DNA from: Paraspadella gotoi
Lineage: Eukaryota; Animalia; Chaetognatha
Assembly (NCBI GenBank): GCA_051294375.1
Contig: CM119265.1
Coordinates: 17,857,271 to 17,921,270, forward strand
DNA length: 64,000 bases
Direction of reading: 5' to 3'
Part shown: in pieces, positions 60,336-64,000 of the stretch
How positions within the stretch are numbered: the stretch's first letter is position 1
Layout: the number at the start of each line of letters is the position of its first letter
The notes under the pieces: generated by a model
Databases searched by the model: none
Seen by the model: the letters and a program-made list of their open reading frames with translations, nothing else
What the model was told of the DNA's origin: nothing
Position numbers and translations under genes: made by a program

Positions 60336-60956
60336 TTTTTGGGTTGTTGTAGTTGTTGTTGTTGTTGTTGTTTTACAGAAATAAGCTGAATTGATTTTTA
60401 TAACTCGATTAGTTACGATGAGAACTTAATTAATGATTTGGTGAATCTATTACGCTGTAATAAGAATGTGACCGTAGGTTCAATGCCTCATTCGATTAAT
60501 GAATTAAAAACATTTTTCCATGAATTTATTACAATATATTTCAATTGAAAAGGACAGCGCCAAAAATATATATTTCTAAAAATAACTTCATCATAATCAT
60601 TCTCTCCGGACGATTATCGAATACTGGAACACATCTACCAAGCATTAAAAAAAATGGCAGGCACGATGATAAATGACAAAAACGAGAGACGAAAAAAAAA
60701 ATCGATTCCTGTACACGCGGTCTCTCTGTCCAGGTAAAGTTTTTACAACTTGATCGTTCTGGGTGGTAGCCTCGGTAGGGTTAAAAAGAAGGAGACGGAA
60801 AATGTCTGGATGAAGGCGGCAGGCTTTGTTGGCGGGAAACAGAATGGGGGGTGGAGAGAGAGAAGAAGAAGAGAGGGGAAAAGTTAAGAGTAGATTTGAT
60901 CGCGTTTTTGTCGTTTTCCCTACTTTCACAGTCGTAACTCCTTCGCGCCGTGTGTG

Positions 60957-61053
<97 letters not shown>

Positions 61054-62211
61054 CTACGATCCGCACGCAATCCAAACGACTTTGATGGATCGTACGGGAT
61101 TTTCTGGAAAACGTCGATCCCGATGTCCACGGATTCGTTGGTGTAATTCTCGCTCCAAGCCTTTTTTAGTCGTGGGGGGAGAGAGGGCGAGAATGTGGGG
61201 AGGCCCGGTGGGCGGAGATCGGGGGGGATGGGGGGCGGAGAAGTGGTTATAGTGGTGGCCACAGGAGGGATATTTTTGAGAGGGATGGAAAGAAAAACTC
61301 TTTGTAATCAGAGGGGCGCGGAAAGAATTGATTGGACGGATTGTTTTATTATATAATTTAACTACAATTAGAAAATTCTTTGAAAAGTAAATTATGTTGA
61401 TAATAATGATATTTATTAGTAAAAATCGTTTTTATCGTCACCTGCATTCCAGCAAAGAATCTCTTATCCTTGAACAATACTCTGAAGGCGGTGATGACTT
61501 TCGGCGGCTCCGTGAAGGGAGGTTCGAATTGAACCGTCGCTTTGTACGGCCAACAGTTCTCTCCGTCCGGTCCGTACGTCCGACCGTTCGGACAGATTGG
61601 TGGATTTACGTTGCCGATGAGGCAGCGATATCCGGAAGAGGAGGCCCCCTGTAATCAAATACATTATCGAGGAAATTAATAATCATTTTCTCTGTATATT
61701 TTCATCATTAGTTGATTGAGTAATGAGTGTCAATTCTTTTTTAATGAACTGATAAGTACTTAAAAGTGTTTTTTGCGGCGCGAAAGAAAATAATGTTTAG
61801 TTTTGTTCAGAAAAGTAGGTCATCCTTTTGACTGCGTCGAGATTTTCTTACTTTCATTTTGTTTTCAGGACAGCGTCGTTAAACTGAAGTTCGTTCACGT
61901 TTTGTCTTTAACGCGTTGATTTGCACCTGTTGACCAAAAAAGATAAGGAAATGGCATAATAATCATGAACTGAGGAAGTTTAAAGTTTTTAAAAGCAAGG
62001 TCGAAATACAAAATGTTGTCCACAGTAAGTTTTAAGGTAGTAGAAATCCGTTTACCTTGAGCGCCAACAGATCGTGATTCGTGTCGTTGGTGACCAAAAT
62101 AATTCTCCTTTGTTTTGTTGTGAACTTTGGTCAGGTTGTGAAGAAGACGGGCCTCGGATGTTTTCTGAGGAAATCAAGTAAGTTGGAGTCACTCGCGGCT
62201 CTCTCTCTCTC

Positions 62212-62267
<56 letters not shown>

Positions 62268-62462
62268 TTCACACACACTCTCTCTCTCTCTTTCACACAC
62301 ACACACACACTCTCTCTCTCCCTTTCACACACACACACTTCTCTCTCTCCCTTCACAACACACTCTTTCTCTGTCCCTTTCACACCACTCTCTTCTTTCA
62401 CACACACTCTCTCCTCTCTTTCTCTCTCTCTCTCTGCTCTCTCTCTCTCTCTCTTTCACACA

Positions 62463-62517
<55 letters not shown>

Positions 62518-62556
62518 TCTTTCCCACACACAGACACACACACACACACACACACA

Positions 62557-62631
<75 letters not shown>

Positions 62632-63041
62632 ACTCACCCGTAATGCTCCGACTCGCCTCAACATCCTCTCATGAAGTGGGACAATACTCGGACTTTCCAA
62701 CGCCGGCGGGCCGCCGATCGTAATATGGACTTTGCCCGCGAATTCCCCTCGTCGACAACGCCGGTTCACTCCTCCAGTCCCAACTCCTCCTCCTCCTCCT
62801 CCTCTCTACTTCCTCCACCTCGTTCCCTCTGAAACCCGCTGGCGCAGACCCGCAACGAAGGATTCCGTCACGTTCCTCATCAATCTCCTCCCTCTCTCTC
62901 TCCCTCGCCTCTCCCAACCCTCGCCTCCGGCCTGCATGTCCTCGAAGATTTCCTTCCAACGCATCGTCGACTCCTCCAAGTCTTTCTCCATCATTAGGGA
63001 ACTCTCTTCGAAGGCCTTGGCTCTGTGGGGGAATAGGGGAA

Positions 63042-63116
<75 letters not shown>

Positions 63117-64000
63117 AGGAAAAATAAAATCGAGGATGCTTCAGTTCTAGATACTCATTCCGTCACCGTCACTTATTATTTTAGTCGCTGCAAATTTATA
63201 TCTAAAGTTAAACTTAAAACTAAAGTTAAAACTAAAATTAAAATTAAGTTAAAAGAGTTTCATGTACCTGTTTTCCACATTTTCCAACGCCTCTCGTTCT
63301 TTCTCCTCGAGTTGCTCGTCAAAGTCCCGACGCCGCTTCCGATCGGCGTCGACAATCGACTGGAAGGCGGCGACGGAGGAGTTGACGTCGCGAAGTCCCT
63401 CGTCGACGCGGTGGCGGAAGGCGATAACGGCGTCGTCGAGGCGTCCGGCGGCGGCATCGGCGGCGGCGTCGGCGCGTTTGGACACGAAGGCGTCGAACTC
63501 GGGTTGGATGAGACACGACTCGAGGGCGTTGCAGTCGGAGGAGGAGGAGGAAGACGAAGAGGATGAGGCGCTAAAGTCTTTGCCGAACTTGATTCTTTCG
63601 GCGACGATGTCGTTGAGTTTCTCGATGGCGTGGCGCTGGTCCTCTCGAAGAGCGTCCGCGTGTCTGCGGTTGGACAATCGTTGATTGTTTGATTAAATGA
63701 TTGATTGATTGATCTGGAACTTCATATTGGCAATTTCTCCGCTCATCCTTCTGAAGATTCTTTGATTCACCTTCTCGCTAACTCACACCCTCAGCCATTG
63801 CCACTGTATCCAGTCTACCCCAACCCCCACCTGGCGTAAGACGCGAACTCCTCCTGCGCTCCAACGATCTGCGACTGCAGTCGATCCCTCTGCGTCGCCT
63901 CCCACTCAGAGACGTNNNNNNNNNNCGATCTGCGACTGCAGTCGATCCCTCTGCGTCGCTTCCCACTCAGAGACGTTGCGCAGGACGTCGGCGACTTCCT
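61054..64000 (-). CDS. Coiled-coil protein with C-terminal H-type lectin-like domain (5' end outside window)
   Basis: Exon 61648-61442 (207 nt, phase 0-0) encodes ...CWPYKATVQFEPPFTEPPKVITAFRVLFKDKRFFAGMQ. The last exon 61160-61054 encodes AWSENYTNESVDIGIDVF..PVRSIKVVWIACGS* with one frameshift. Upstream exons at about 61926, 62165-62057, 63022-62639 and above 63268 are helical and Glu/Arg/Ala-rich. Confidence 0.7.
62200..62636. repeat. (CT)n/(CA)n compound microsatellite in an intron
   Basis: Directly visible. (GA/CT)n runs also occur at about 1290-1410, 1822-1906, 3315-3417, 6840-6927, 16265-16378, 17800-17890, 29614-29703, 52505-52598 and 60960-61051. Confidence 0.95.

Larger units (their letters stand above)
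40002..61050 (+). repeat. Tandem duplication: 40002-50222 repeated as 50248 to about 61050
   Basis: CAATAGCGCAGCACGATTTAATGG opens both copies and gene order is identical. The copies are separated by a 25-N gap, and copy 2 has many 1-nt indels. Confidence 0.95.

Noticed and set aside
63865-63976. 51-bp direct repeat containing the palindrome CGACTGCAGTCG, superficially CRISPR-like
   Set aside because: There are only two units and they flank a 10-N gap, so this is a contig overlap inside a coding exon (NVSEWEATQRDRLQSQI on the minus strand). No spacers or cas genes are present.

Overview
This is AT-rich, microsatellite-laden animal (probably invertebrate) genomic DNA from an error-prone, gap-filled assembly, with three 25-N gaps and four 10-N gaps. 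About one third of the window is redundant. A ~6.5 kb block carrying a tRNA-Gly(CCC) gene occurs as direct and inverted copies in 1-22.5 kb. A ~10.2 kb block is repeated in tandem across the gap at 50223-50247. That block holds three spliced genes reconstructed by hand: axonemal dynein intermediate chain DNAI1 (+, 13 exons), a CALML4-like EF-hand light chain (-) and an AADAC/NCEH1-like esterase (+). The second copy is frameshift-ridden and appears to be the other haplotype, because the copies differ by two transposon-like insertions. At the right end a minus-strand gene, not apparent from the ORF track, encodes a coiled-coil protein ending in an H-type-lectin-like domain. The gene-poor 12.5-40 kb interval contains a likely 21-nt microexon, scattered low-complexity exons and several compact hairpin-dense elements. 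The best of these, at 15451-15689, is a candidate structured RNA with a possible pseudoknot. Splice donors are unusually degenerate, including two GC-AG introns. I cannot demonstrate a new biological system from the sequence alone.
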